This document shows positions 27,288 to 36,807 of a stretch of DNA of 64,000 nucleotides, one piece after another. Within the stretch, counting starts at the first letter, position 1; each line of letters begins with the position of its first letter. Made by a program: the position numbers and the translations under genes. The notes beneath the pieces are model-generated. The model worked only from the letters and a program-made list of their open reading frames with translations, was not told the DNA's origin and searched no databases. This DNA is from an uncultured delta proteobacterium (GTDB taxonomy: Bacteria; Myxococcota; Myxococcia; Myxococcales; Anaeromyxobacteraceae): contig CAWHDZ010000031.1 of the NCBI GenBank assembly GCA_963828255.1, positions 1-64,000 of the forward strand. Reading direction: 5' to 3'.

Positions 27288-28261
27288 GGGGCGACGGTTT
27301 CCCCTGCGCGGGGCGATGGTCTGGTGAAAAGGTCCATGTGGTCGTCGCCGTAAGCGGCGCGCGCGGCTTCCACGTTGTGGACGTCGCAGAGGACCCTGCA
27401 GTTCTCCACCGTGGAGGGACCTCCCTTCCCGCGCGGCACCACGTGGTCGATCTCCGTCCTCACCTCCGAACCGCAGACCCCGCCCGAATCGAGGTTCCAT
27501 TGGCACTTGCCCCCATCCCGCTTGCGCACCTCCCGCTTCACCCTGGGTGGAACGCCGGCCCGCCGCTTCTCCTGCTGTGCGAGCAGCAGGTCGAGCGCGG
27601 CGTCGATCACCTGCTCGTCCGTCGCCCCCGGCTGGACGTGCGATTGCCCCGCCCTGGCCCGCTTCAGCTTCGCGACGAGTGCCCTCGACACGGTGACGTG
27701 GATCCGGCTCACCGTCGAGGTGAGCGGCTCGACCACGGTCCTCGCCGGTTCCCGCACGGGCTCCGGAGCAGTCGCAGAAAGTCCACCCGGATGAACTGGC
27801 GAAGCCGTTGATTTCACTGGAGACGGGACCTCGGTGACCACCATCCTCCTCGGCACAACCGCCGCCGGTTTGATCTCCACCGCGACCTGCTTCGCCTCCT
27901 GCTTCGAGCAGTGGAAGAACCTGGGCAGCGCCTCGGTGCGGTTTGCTTCGGTCATGACCTTCGCCAGTTGGACGATGCTGGTCAAGCACAGCCGCCCGTC
28001 CCGCAGCGGCTCCACCACCTCGGGGAACCGGGCCACGAGCCGGGCCGCCACCTTCCGGTAGTGGGCCGCACCGCGGGAGAGCTTCAGCTCACGGAGCAAG
28101 AAGTCGAAGAGGTTGGCGAAGCCGAGCCTCCGGTACGCACCAGCCCGGTCGAACTCGGAGAGGGCAACGAGGAAGTCTGCGAGCGCGCCGTGCTCGCGGC
28201 GGAGAAGGTCGGCGAGACGGTGGGAGGATTCGCGGGCCTGGAACAGGTTCGTGTCGTTCAT
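27053..28261 (-). CDS. HNH endonuclease with long helical N-terminal domain (DUF222/13E12-like architecture)
   Basis: RDGGKCQW...VCGS...EIDHVVPRGKGG...NCRVLCDVHN; the last ~78 codons overlap the S8 remnant on the opposite strand. Confidence 0.85.
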   Translation of the reverse strand: MNDTNLFQARESSHRLADLLRREHGALADFLVALSEFDRAGAYRRLGFANLFDFLLRELKLSRGAAHYRKVAARLVARFPEVVEPLRDGRLCLTSIVQLAKVMTEANRTEALPRFFHCSKQEAKQVAVEIKPAAVVPRRMVVTEVPSPVKSTASPVHPGGLSATAPEPVREPARTVVEPLTSTVSRIHVTVSRALVAKLKRARAGQSHVQPGATDEQVIDAALDLLLAQQEKRRAGVPPRVKREVRKRDGGKCQWNLDSGGVCGSEVRTEIDHVVPRGKGGPSTVENCRVLCDVHNVEAARAAYGDDHMDLFTRPSPRAGETVAPYFPAASSRDRFGSRMRIFRPATSFTSAPSTMSFFTCTAVSVGWRARILAARFTTCGAAMLVPLQDWVAPPGITLSTW

Positions 28262-28518
28262 GGATCCACTGTCTCACGGGATTTTCGGCCCTCCCCGGAC
28301 GCACGAGGATGCCCGTGCACGCGAGATCCGGCGCGGAGATCTCGAACCTCGCCCGGAGCGCGGCGCGTCGCTCACGGGCGAAATGCGGCAGCGTGAAGCG
28401 CCTCCCACGCGCACCTCGATCGCCGGCGCGTGAAATCGCGAAATGCGTGTCAATCCCCCCGCCCCATCTTCCCGATAGTCCGCGCCGCGGACCGCCACGC
28501 CCGCTCCCCAAACAAGAC

Positions 28519-28545
28519 GGCCACCCCGGCAGGACCGAGGTGGCC
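28519..28545 (-). terminator. Probable intrinsic terminator of the small minus-strand gene
   Basis: Stem GGCCACC...GGTGGCC, followed on the minus strand by GTCTTGTTT. Confidence 0.55.
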
Positions 28546-28581
28546 TTTCGCCCCCGCGGAAGGGGCGCCTCCAGGAACCTG

Positions 28582-28773
28582 CTAGCCGTTCACCGCGGCG
28601 GTCGCGGAGACCGACGCCATGGGCACGGGCTCGGAGGAGTGCTTCGGGGTCGAGGAGATCTGGGCGACGAAGGCGCCGAGGACGATGGCGAGGGAGGCGA
28701 CGACGAAGAGGTCCCTCCAGCCGGTGGCCTTCGAAACGTTGAAGCTGATCGTCTTCTGGGTCTGGGTCGTCAT
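28582..28773 (-). CDS. Small single-TM hypothetical protein (63 aa)
   Basis: RBS GGAG, ATG 28773; one hydrophobic helix; downstream hairpin. Confidence 0.6.
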   Translation of the reverse strand: MTTQTQKTISFNVSKATGWRDLFVVASLAIVLGAFVAQISSTPKHSSEPVPMASVSATAAVNG

Positions 28774-28885
28774 GGCGTTCTCCGTTCCGCGTCGGGGGTT
28801 CGAAAGCCTCACGTATGAATGGAGGCACCACCCCCGAGGATGTGACGGAGGTGCGCGAACAACCAAGGAAGCCGAGGAATGACGG

Positions 28886-30361
28886 CTACTTGGCGCCCCG
28901 TGTGGCCCCCGCCGGCGCCGAGAGCCTCCGCATGAGCGGGAGCATGGCGATGGCCGCCAGCGTGCCCAGGGTCGCCACGCCGCCCAGCCCCATGAACAGA
29001 TTCACGTAGAGTGGAAGAGTCTCCACCGGGTTGGTGACGTTCTCCGGGACGCTGGCGAAGTTCGCCACGAAGCTCCCCAGGTACTGCGAGATCCCGGTGG
29101 CCAGGAACCAGAGCCCCATCACGAAGCCGCGCAGCCGGGGCCCCACGTAGCGGGCCACCATGGCCAGGCCGAGCCCGCTGATGAGCAGTTCACCCAGGGA
29201 GTAGAGGCCGTACCCGCCGATGAGCCACCAGACCGAGACCTTCCCGGCCTCGGCGAAGCGGCCCGACAGCCCGAACGCGAAGAACCCGACCGCGAGCACC
29301 GCGAACCCCATGGCGAACTTGGCGGCGATGGAGAAGTCTCCGCGCCCCCGCGACATCCGGTCGTAGCTCCAGGCCACGAGCGGACCCAGGACGAAGATCC
29401 AGATGGGGTTGAGCGCCTGCAACTGGCCCGGCGGGATCTGGTAGCCGAAGAAGAACCGCAGGTCGACGTTCCGCAGCGCGAAGAGGGTCAGCGACGTGGA
29501 CATCTGCTGGTAGAAGATGAAGAAGAGGACGCCCTGCGCCGTGAGCAGGAAGACCGCCACCAGCCCCTTGCGCTCCTCGGCGTCGCCGCGCGCCACCATG
29601 ATCCCGAAGATCCCCAGGATGGCGATCGAGGCCACCCCGATGACGATGCGTGCCAGCGCCAGGTCCTGCACCACCACGGTGACGAAGGCCATGGCGGCCA
29701 CCGACCCGGCCAGCACCAGGAGGAGCTTCTTCACCTGGAGCGGAGCGAAGTCGGGAGGCGATCCCACGTGGGCCAGGTGGCGCCGCATGAAGGCGTAGTT
29801 CACCACCGAGAGCATCATCCCCGCCGCACAGACGCCGAAGGCGGCGTTCCAGCCGGCCCAGATGGCGATGAGCGGCGTCAGGATCTGGGAGAAGGTCGCC
29901 CCGACGTTCACCGCCAGGTAGTAGAGCGTGAAGGCGCTGTCGATCTTGGAGGGCTCCCCCTCGTAGACCTTCGAGACCAGGTTGGCCGGGTTGGCCTTGA
30001 AGAGGCCGTTGCCCACCGCCACCACGCCCAGCGCCACGAAGAGCGGCCCGTCCGGGATGGCGAGCAGCAGGTAACCGAGCGCCAGCACCAGCGCCCCCAG
30101 CACGGTCATGCGCCGGCTGCCCAGCACCCGGTCGCCGATCCAGCCCCCCACCGCCGGCGCTGCGTACACCATCGCCGTGAACGCGCCGAAGGTGAGGTTG
30201 GCCCGGTCGTCGGTGTAGCCCAGCCTCTGCACCATGTAGAGCAGGACGACGGCGGTCATGCCGTAGTAGCCGAACCGCTCCCACATCTCGACGAGGAAGA
30301 GGGTGGTGAAGGCGATCCTGCGCTGCTTGGGCGGGGTCGTCCCCGCGGCGGCGGTCGTCAT
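28886..30361 (-). CDS. POT/PTR family peptide:H+ symporter (copy 1)
   Basis: EMWERFGYYGM, GNGLFKANP, AFTLYYLAVNVG, LGELLISGLGL. Confidence 0.93.
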   Translation of the reverse strand: MTTAAAGTTPPKQRRIAFTTLFLVEMWERFGYYGMTAVVLLYMVQRLGYTDDRANLTFGAFTAMVYAAPAVGGWIGDRVLGSRRMTVLGALVLALGYLLLAIPDGPLFVALGVVAVGNGLFKANPANLVSKVYEGEPSKIDSAFTLYYLAVNVGATFSQILTPLIAIWAGWNAAFGVCAAGMMLSVVNYAFMRRHLAHVGSPPDFAPLQVKKLLLVLAGSVAAMAFVTVVVQDLALARIVIGVASIAILGIFGIMVARGDAEERKGLVAVFLLTAQGVLFFIFYQQMSTSLTLFALRNVDLRFFFGYQIPPGQLQALNPIWIFVLGPLVAWSYDRMSRGRGDFSIAAKFAMGFAVLAVGFFAFGLSGRFAEAGKVSVWWLIGGYGLYSLGELLISGLGLAMVARYVGPRLRGFVMGLWFLATGISQYLGSFVANFASVPENVTNPVETLPLYVNLFMGLGGVATLGTLAAIAMLPLMRRLSAPAGATRGAK

Positions 30362-30403
30362 GGCGCCGCACTCTACGGTAGAATGGACCCCCCAGGAGCC
30401 CCC

Positions 30404-33256
30404 GTGAACCCTCGCCGCCCCGCCGTCCTGTCCGCCCTCGCGCTCGCGCTCGTGTCCGCCCTCACCGCCTGCAGCGGAGGGGCTCCATCCGGACTCGAGG
30501 TGGGCTCGGAGTCCTTCGTCTCGCAGCCTCCCGGATCGGGATTCCGCGGCGCGGGGGACACGGCGGGCGGAGGACCCACGGCGGCGCCCGGGCCGCAGGC
30601 CCCGACGTCGGGAACCGCCGCGGCCCCGAGGGACGTGGAGGAGTCGGACGTCTTCGCCCTCTCCGGCTCGACCCTGCACGTCCTGAACGCCTACCGCGGG
30701 CTCCAGATCGTGGACCTGGCCGACCCCGCCGCCCCGGTGCTCGCCTCGCGCGTGCCGGTGGTCGGGACTCCGGTCCAGCTCTACCTGCGCGGAGGGGTCG
30801 CCCTCTTCGTGGTCCGCGACGCCTTCGGCTGGGCCCGGACGGCCGATGCCGTGCAGCCGGTGTCGGGGTCGCAGCTCTGGGCGGTGGACGTGTCGGACCC
30901 CGGTTCACCGTCGGTCCTGGCGCGCCTCGACGTCGAGGGATCGGTGGTGGAGACGCGCCTCGTCGGCGACGTCCTCTACCTGGTGTCGCGCAAGTTCTCC
31001 TGGATGGACGTCCTCCCCTCCCCGGGCGGGCTTCCGGTGGCGGCCGGTGGCGCGACCGGCGACCTCACGTTCGTCGCCAGCGTGGACGTGCGGGATCCGC
31101 GCGCGCCGCGGGCGGTGGCGCGCATCGACTTCCCGGCCACCGGCTGGGATTCCCACGCGGTGGTGACCGACGAGCGGATCGTCCTCGCCCAGTCGGGCTG
31201 GAGCCCGTCCGGCGAGACCACCCGCTTCCAGATCGTCGACATCGCCGACCCCGCTGGCGCGCTCTCCCTCGGGGCCACCTTCGACGAGGCCGGGCGCATC
31301 GCCGATCGCTGGGGCCTCGATCAGGCCCCGGGCGTCTTCCGCGCCGTGCTGCAGAACGGCTGGAACGGCGGGGCCACGCTCCGCACCTGGTCCTCCGCCA
31401 CCGTCGCCGAGGCGACGCCGCTGGGGCGCCTCGACATCGTCATCCCCGAGACCCTGACCGCGGCCCGCTTCGACGGCGCCCGGGTCTACGTGGTCACCGC
31501 GGCCCGGGCCGATCCACTCTGGGTGGTGGACGCGGCCGACCCGGCCCGTCCGCTCCTCGCCGGCCAGCTCCACATGCCGGGGCAGATCGAGTTCATCGAG
31601 CCACGCGGGAACCGGCTCCTCGGGCTCGGGCACACCGACGAGGCCGGGCAGCCCTGGCAGCTCGCGGTGTCGCTCGTGGACGTGACCGACCCCGCGCTGC
31701 CGACCCTCCTGCACCGCGTCCTCGTGGGCGACGGCTCCGGCGGGGTGAGCGCCGCACCCGACGACATGCGCAAGGCCTTCCGGGTGCTCGACGCCGCGGG
31801 GCTCGCGCTCGTGCCCTACCAGGGCTGGGACCCGGCCAGCTGGCGCTGGATCGGCGGTCTCCAGCTCGTGGACTTCGACCTCGCCGCGGGGACGCTCGGG
31901 AAGCGCGGCTTCGTCCCCCACCCGGGATCCATCTCCCGCGCCTTCCCCGTGCCGGGGCGCGCCGCCTGGCTCGCGGCCCTCTCCGACGAGCGGCTCCAGA
32001 TCGTGGACGCCGCCGACCGGGACGCGCCGGTGGAGCGGGCCACGATCGACCTGGCCCGGTCCGTGTCCGCGCTCACCTTCGTCCAGGGGATGGCGGTCGA
32101 GCTCGCAGGCGACTGGTGGCGCGGGGACGCGGAGCTGGTGGTGGTCCCGGCGCTCGAGCCGGACGCGCCCGCGCCGCTCGCCCGGGTGGCGCTGGCCGCT
32201 CCCCAGGCGCGCCTCTTCCGGCTGGGCGACGTGGCCTGGATCATGGCCCACGATTTCACCCAGGGGAAGGCGTGGCTCGAGGCCGTGGACCTCTCCGATC
32301 CGCTCCACCCGGTGCGACGGGGACGTCTCGACCTCGCCCTGGCCGAGGCCGCCGGGGCGAGCGGCTGGGGCTTCCGGGGAGCGGGCGACGAGGCCGTGCT
32401 GCTCGGGAACGTGCTCGCCGTGCACCGCACCTGGTACGGTCCGGTGCCGATGGGCGCGGGGGGAACGGGTGCCTTTGCCCCCGGCGGCGGGCCGGTCGCG
32501 CAGGAGAACGCCGTGCTGCTCTTCGACCTCTCCGACCCGGACGCGCCCCGGCGCGCCGGCAAGGTGGCCATCCCGGGCAGCGACTGGTCCTGGGGGCTCA
32601 CCGCCGAGGCCGGGCTGCTCTGGCTCACCCACCACGAGTGGATGTCGAGCACGCGCGGCGAGGTGCGCTACTACCTCGACCGGATCGACGTCGCCGATCC
32701 CGACGCGCCGGTGCTCCTGCCCAAGGTGAACGTGCCCGGCACCTTCCTCGGGGCCGGGAGCGCGGGGCGCGTCTACACCCTCGACACGACCTGGAGCGAG
32801 GCCGCGGGCGCGGCAACCTCGGCGCTCCACGTCCTCGACCTCACCCCCCGCGGGACCGCCCGGCTGGTGGGCTCGATCCCCTTCCCCGGGTGGGCCGCCG
32901 GGGCCGTGCTCGGCGCCGGCCACGCCTGGCTGGTGACCCAGGACTGGTCGGGCAACCGGTCCGACGTGCGGCTCGTGACGGCCGACCTCGCAGCCCTCGG
33001 CGTCGCATCCTCCCAGCGCGTGGACGCCTCCTGGGCCTGGCCGCTCCGCGCCGGCGGCGGCAAGCTCTTCCTCGCCGCGGCCTCGGTGACGGGTGCGTCG
33101 TCGGTCCTGGTGATGGACCTCGCCTCGCCGGGCGCGCCGCGCCTCGAGCAGGCCGTCCCCAGCCAGGGCTGGACCTGGGACGTGGTCGTCGAGGGGCGGG
33201 TGGCCTACCTCCCCGGCGGTCCGTGGGGCGTGTCGATGATCCCGCTCGCACCGTGA
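30404..33256 (+). CDS. Lipoprotein with beta-propeller repeats (copy 1)
   Basis: AGGAG then GTG 30404; lipobox LTAC; VEESDV; repeated IVDLADPAAP-type blades; DPLWVVD. Confidence 0.82.
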   Translation: MNPRRPAVLSALALALVSALTACSGGAPSGLEVGSESFVSQPPGSGFRGAGDTAGGGPTAAPGPQAPTSGTAAAPRDVEESDVFALSGSTLHVLNAYRGLQIVDLADPAAPVLASRVPVVGTPVQLYLRGGVALFVVRDAFGWARTADAVQPVSGSQLWAVDVSDPGSPSVLARLDVEGSVVETRLVGDVLYLVSRKFSWMDVLPSPGGLPVAAGGATGDLTFVASVDVRDPRAPRAVARIDFPATGWDSHAVVTDERIVLAQSGWSPSGETTRFQIVDIADPAGALSLGATFDEAGRIADRWGLDQAPGVFRAVLQNGWNGGATLRTWSSATVAEATPLGRLDIVIPETLTAARFDGARVYVVTAARADPLWVVDAADPARPLLAGQLHMPGQIEFIEPRGNRLLGLGHTDEAGQPWQLAVSLVDVTDPALPTLLHRVLVGDGSGGVSAAPDDMRKAFRVLDAAGLALVPYQGWDPASWRWIGGLQLVDFDLAAGTLGKRGFVPHPGSISRAFPVPGRAAWLAALSDERLQIVDAADRDAPVERATIDLARSVSALTFVQGMAVELAGDWWRGDAELVVVPALEPDAPAPLARVALAAPQARLFRLGDVAWIMAHDFTQGKAWLEAVDLSDPLHPVRRGRLDLALAEAAGASGWGFRGAGDEAVLLGNVLAVHRTWYGPVPMGAGGTGAFAPGGGPVAQENAVLLFDLSDPDAPRRAGKVAIPGSDWSWGLTAEAGLLWLTHHEWMSSTRGEVRYYLDRIDVADPDAPVLLPKVNVPGTFLGAGSAGRVYTLDTTWSEAAGAATSALHVLDLTPRGTARLVGSIPFPGWAAGAVLGAGHAWLVTQDWSGNRSDVRLVTADLAALGVASSQRVDASWAWPLRAGGGKLFLAAASVTGASSVLVMDLASPGAPRLEQAVPSQGWTWDVVVEGRVAYLPGGPWGVSMIPLAP

Positions 33257-33981
33257 TGCGGCCGCTGCTGGCCGCCGCCGCCCTGGCGGCGGCCCTGGCT
33301 GCCGGCGCCGCCGAGGTGGCGGTCACCTGGGACGCCGACCTGGCCCCGCCCTCCGACCCGGCAGCCTACGAGCGGCAGCTTCGCGCCATCGTCGCCGACG
33401 CCCGGGCCCGGGTGATCGCCGCCCTGGGGATGGAGCCCGGCCCCGTGCTCTCCGTGAGGATCCACTCCCGGGCCGGCTACGAGCGCCGGTTCGGCGCCGA
33501 GGCCGCCCACCACGACGCGGCGCGCTTCGCCGGGGAGGAGGTCCACGTGAACGGGGGCGCCCGGCTCGACGACCGGCTCGCCGGCCTGGTGGTGCACGAG
33601 ATGGTCCACGCCGCGCTCGACGCCCGGGGCACGGCCTCGGCGCTGCCGCGCTGGCTCGACGAGGGGCTGGCGGAGCGGCTCTCCTGGATCCGGCGCGGCC
33701 AGGGGTTCCCGGCGCCGAACCAGGTCGCCGAGCTCAAGCAGGCCCGGGAGCGGAAGGAGCTCGTGCCCCTGCCGCGGGCGGGTGAGCTCTCCCGCCTGGA
33801 ATATCTAAAGTCCTGGGCCGCGGTGGTGTTCCTGGAGGGGAAGGTCGGCCGGGAGCGGGTGGTGGCCGCGGTGCGGGCCACGCTGGGCGGCGAGCCGTTC
33901 GAGAAGGCGCTCCGGAGGGAGTGCGCGACGTCGCCGGAGGAGCTCGACGGCGCGTTCGAGGCCTGGGTGGGGGGGTTGTGA
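33256..33981 (+). CDS. Secreted zincin / peptidase MA-like protein (copy 1)
   Basis: Signal peptide; HEMVH followed by PRWLDEGLAE. Confidence 0.8.
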   Translation: MRPLLAAAALAAALAAGAAEVAVTWDADLAPPSDPAAYERQLRAIVADARARVIAALGMEPGPVLSVRIHSRAGYERRFGAEAAHHDAARFAGEEVHVNGGARLDDRLAGLVVHEMVHAALDARGTASALPRWLDEGLAERLSWIRRGQGFPAPNQVAELKQARERKELVPLPRAGELSRLEYLKSWAAVVFLEGKVGRERVVAAVRATLGGEPFEKALRRECATSPEELDGAFEAWVGGL

Positions 33982-34011
33982 CCGGGGGTGTGGAGGCATA
34001 GCCTCCGGCGC

Positions 34012-35286
34012 ATGGCACGCGAATCCTCCATGGTGGGCGCCAAGGTCCGTGCGCTGCGCCGCCAGAAGAGCGTGAGCCAGGTGCAGCTCGCCGAGCGCCT
34101 CGGCATCTCCCCCTCCTACCTGAACCTCATCGAGCACAACCGCCGCGCCATGCCGGCGCCGTTGCTCATCAAGATCGCCGAGATCTTCGAGCTCGACCTG
34201 AAGGCGCTCTCGACCGAGCAGGACGCCCGCACCGTCGCCGACCTCATGGAGCTCTTCGGCGACCCCATCTTCGAGCACGAGGACGTGACCACCGCCGAGG
34301 TGCGCGACCTGGCGGCGCACGCCCCCACCGCGGCCCGCGGGATCCTGAAGCTCTACCACGCGTACCGGGAGTCACGGGAGGCGGCCGACAACCTGGCCAT
34401 CAAGATCTCCGGTCGCGGCGACCTCACCGGCGTGGACTCCTCGCGCATGCCCACCGAGGAGGTCTCCGACCTCATCCAGCGCCACACCAACCACTTCCCG
34501 GAGATGGAGGAGGGGGCCGAGCAGCTCTGGCGCGACGCCCGGCTGGGCGGCGACGACCTGCAGCAGGGGCTCGAGCACCAGCTGCAGCGGGTCCACGGCA
34601 TCCAGGTGAGGATCGAGCGAACCGCCGACATGGGGGACGCCATCCGGCGCTTCGACCCGGAGAAGCGGGTGCTCTACCTGTCGGAGGTGCTGCGCCGCGG
34701 ATCGCGCAACTTCCACCTGGCCTACCAGATCGGGCTCGCCACCCAGCAGGCGGCGCTGGACCGTTACGCCGCCGACCCGCTGCTCACCAGCGACGCGGCC
34801 CGGGCGCTGGCGCGGGTGCTCCTCGCCAACTACTTCGCCTCGGCCATCCTCATGCCCTACGCCCCCTTCCTGGAGGCGGCGCGGCAGGAGCGCTACGACA
34901 TCGACCTGCTCGGGCACCGCTTCCGCACCAGCTACGAGCAGGTCTGCCACCGGCTCACCACGCTGCGCCGCCCCGGGGCCGAGGGCATCCCCATCCACTT
35001 CGTGCGCGTGGACATCGCCGGCAACATCTCCAAGCGCTTCTCCGCCTCGGGGCTGCGCTTCGCCCGCTTCTCCGGCGCCTGCCCGCGCTGGAACGTCTTC
35101 CAGGCCTTCCTGACGCCGGGGATGATCCGCACCCAGCTCTCCCAGATGCCCGACGGGACCACCTACTTCTGGGTTGCACGCTCCGTGTACAAGGAGGGCG
35201 GGGGCTTCCACGCGCCCCGCACCCCGCTCGCCATCGCCATCGGATGCGAGGTCGGGCACGCCCGCAAGATGGAAGCCGAGGAATGA
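34012..35286 (+). pseudogene. RamB/PrpR/PccR (ScfR)-family regulator, 3'-truncated at the duplication junction
   Basis: Same protein as 40416-41852 up to HARKM, then EAEE-stop; lacks the C-terminal CRLCERTDC motif. Confidence 0.88.
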
Positions 35287-35289
35287 CGG

Positions 35290-36765
35290 CTACTTGGCGC
35301 CCCGTGTGGCCCCCGCCGGCGCCGAGAGCCTCCGCATGAGCGGGAGCATGGCGATGGCCGCCAGCGTGCCCAGGGTCGCCACGCCGCCCAGCCCCATGAA
35401 CAGATTCACGTAGAGTGGAAGAGTCTCCACCGGGTTGGTGACGTTCTCCGGGACGCTGGCGAAGTTCGCCACGAAGCTCCCCAGGTACTGCGAGATCCCG
35501 GTGGCCAGGAACCAGAGCCCCATCACGAAGCCGCGCAGCCGGGGCCCCACGTAGCGGGCCACCATGGCCAGGCCGAGCCCGCTGATGAGCAGTTCACCCA
35601 GGGAGTAGAGGCCGTACCCGCCGATGAGCCACCAGACCGAGACCTTCCCGGCCTCGGCGAAGCGGCCCGACAGCCCGAACGCGAAGAACCCGACCGCGAG
35701 CACCGCGAACCCCATGGCGAACTTGGCGGCGATGGAGAAGTCTCCGCGCCCCCGCGACATCCGGTCGTAGCTCCAGGCCACGAGCGGACCCAGGACGAAG
35801 ATCCAGATGGGGTTGAGCGCCTGCAACTGGCCCGGCGGGATCTGGTAGCCGAAGAAGAACCGCAGGTCGACGTTCCGCAGCGCGAAGAGGGTCAGCGACG
35901 TGGACATCTGCTGGTAGAAGATGAAGAAGAGGACGCCCTGCGCCGTGAGCAGGAAGACCGCCACCAGCCCCTTGCGCTCCTCGGCGTCGCCGCGCGCCAC
36001 CATGATCCCGAAGATCCCCAGGATGGCGATCGAGGCCACCCCGATGACGATGCGTGCCAGCGCCAGGTCCTGCACCACCACGGTGACGAAGGCCATGGCG
36101 GCCACCGACCCGGCCAGCACCAGGAGGAGCTTCTTCACCTGGAGCGGAGCGAAGTCGGGAGGCGATCCCACGTGGGCCAGGTGGCGCCGCATGAAGGCGT
36201 AGTTCACCACCGAGAGCATCATCCCCGCCGCACAGACGCCGAAGGCGGCGTTCCAGCCGGCCCAGATGGCGATGAGCGGCGTCAGGATCTGGGAGAAGGT
36301 CGCCCCGACGTTCACCGCCAGGTAGTAGAGCGTGAAGGCGCTGTCGATCTTGGAGGGCTCCCCCTCGTAGACCTTCGAGACCAGGTTGGCCGGGTTGGCC
36401 TTGAAGAGGCCGTTGCCCACCGCCACCACGCCCAGCGCCACGAAGAGCGGCCCGTCCGGGATGGCGAGCAGCAGGTAACCGAGCGCCAGCACCAGCGCCC
36501 CCAGCACGGTCATGCGCCGGCTGCCCAGCACCCGGTCGCCGATCCAGCCCCCCACCGCCGGCGCTGCGTACACCATCGCCGTGAACGCGCCGAAGGTGAG
36601 GTTGGCCCGGTCGTCGGTGTAGCCCAGCCTCTGCACCATGTAGAGCAGGACGACGGCGGTCATGCCGTAGTAGCCGAACCGCTCCCACATCTCGACGAGG
36701 AAGAGGGTGGTGAAGGCGATCCTGCGCTGCTTGGGCGGGGTCGTCCCCGCGGCGGCGGTCGTCAT
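35290..36765 (-). CDS. POT/PTR family peptide:H+ symporter (copy 2)
   Basis: Same translation as copy 1. Confidence 0.93.
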   Translation of the reverse strand: MTTAAAGTTPPKQRRIAFTTLFLVEMWERFGYYGMTAVVLLYMVQRLGYTDDRANLTFGAFTAMVYAAPAVGGWIGDRVLGSRRMTVLGALVLALGYLLLAIPDGPLFVALGVVAVGNGLFKANPANLVSKVYEGEPSKIDSAFTLYYLAVNVGATFSQILTPLIAIWAGWNAAFGVCAAGMMLSVVNYAFMRRHLAHVGSPPDFAPLQVKKLLLVLAGSVAAMAFVTVVVQDLALARIVIGVASIAILGIFGIMVARGDAEERKGLVAVFLLTAQGVLFFIFYQQMSTSLTLFALRNVDLRFFFGYQIPPGQLQALNPIWIFVLGPLVAWSYDRMSRGRGDFSIAAKFAMGFAVLAVGFFAFGLSGRFAEAGKVSVWWLIGGYGLYSLGELLISGLGLAMVARYVGPRLRGFVMGLWFLATGISQYLGSFVANFASVPENVTNPVETLPLYVNLFMGLGGVATLGTLAAIAMLPLMRRLSAPAGATRGAK

Positions 36766-36807
36766 GGCGCCGCACTCTACGGTAGAATGGACCCCCCAGG
36801 AGCCCCC

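Larger units (their letters stand above)
28867..35270. repeat. Tandem duplication copy 1 (6404 bp)
   Basis: Sequence and ORFs recur at offset +6404; junction ...CAAGAT|GGAAGCCGAG at 35270/35271. Confidence 0.97.

Noticed and set aside
25944..27989. 681-aa minus-strand ORF ending in a Fic motif (apparent giant Doc fusion)
   Set aside because: Only the last 135 aa (from ATG 26351, coupled to the antitoxin) are Doc; the upstream part is an off-frame read of other genes.
27053..28261. HNH protein as IscB/Cas9-like nuclease
   Set aside because: No PLMP N-terminus or split RuvC motifs visible; the HNH is C-terminal after a helical domain.
28262..28580. Possible CRISPR-like or regularly spaced repeat array next to the HNH gene
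   Set aside because: Only short (7-10 bp) irregularly spaced words; no constant repeat-spacer period and no cas genes in the window.
29768..30403. N-terminal 200-aa extension of the beta-propeller ORF (and similar long extensions of other ORFs in the track)
   Set aside because: Overlaps the POT gene in antisense; the RBS and lipoprotein signal place the start at 30404.
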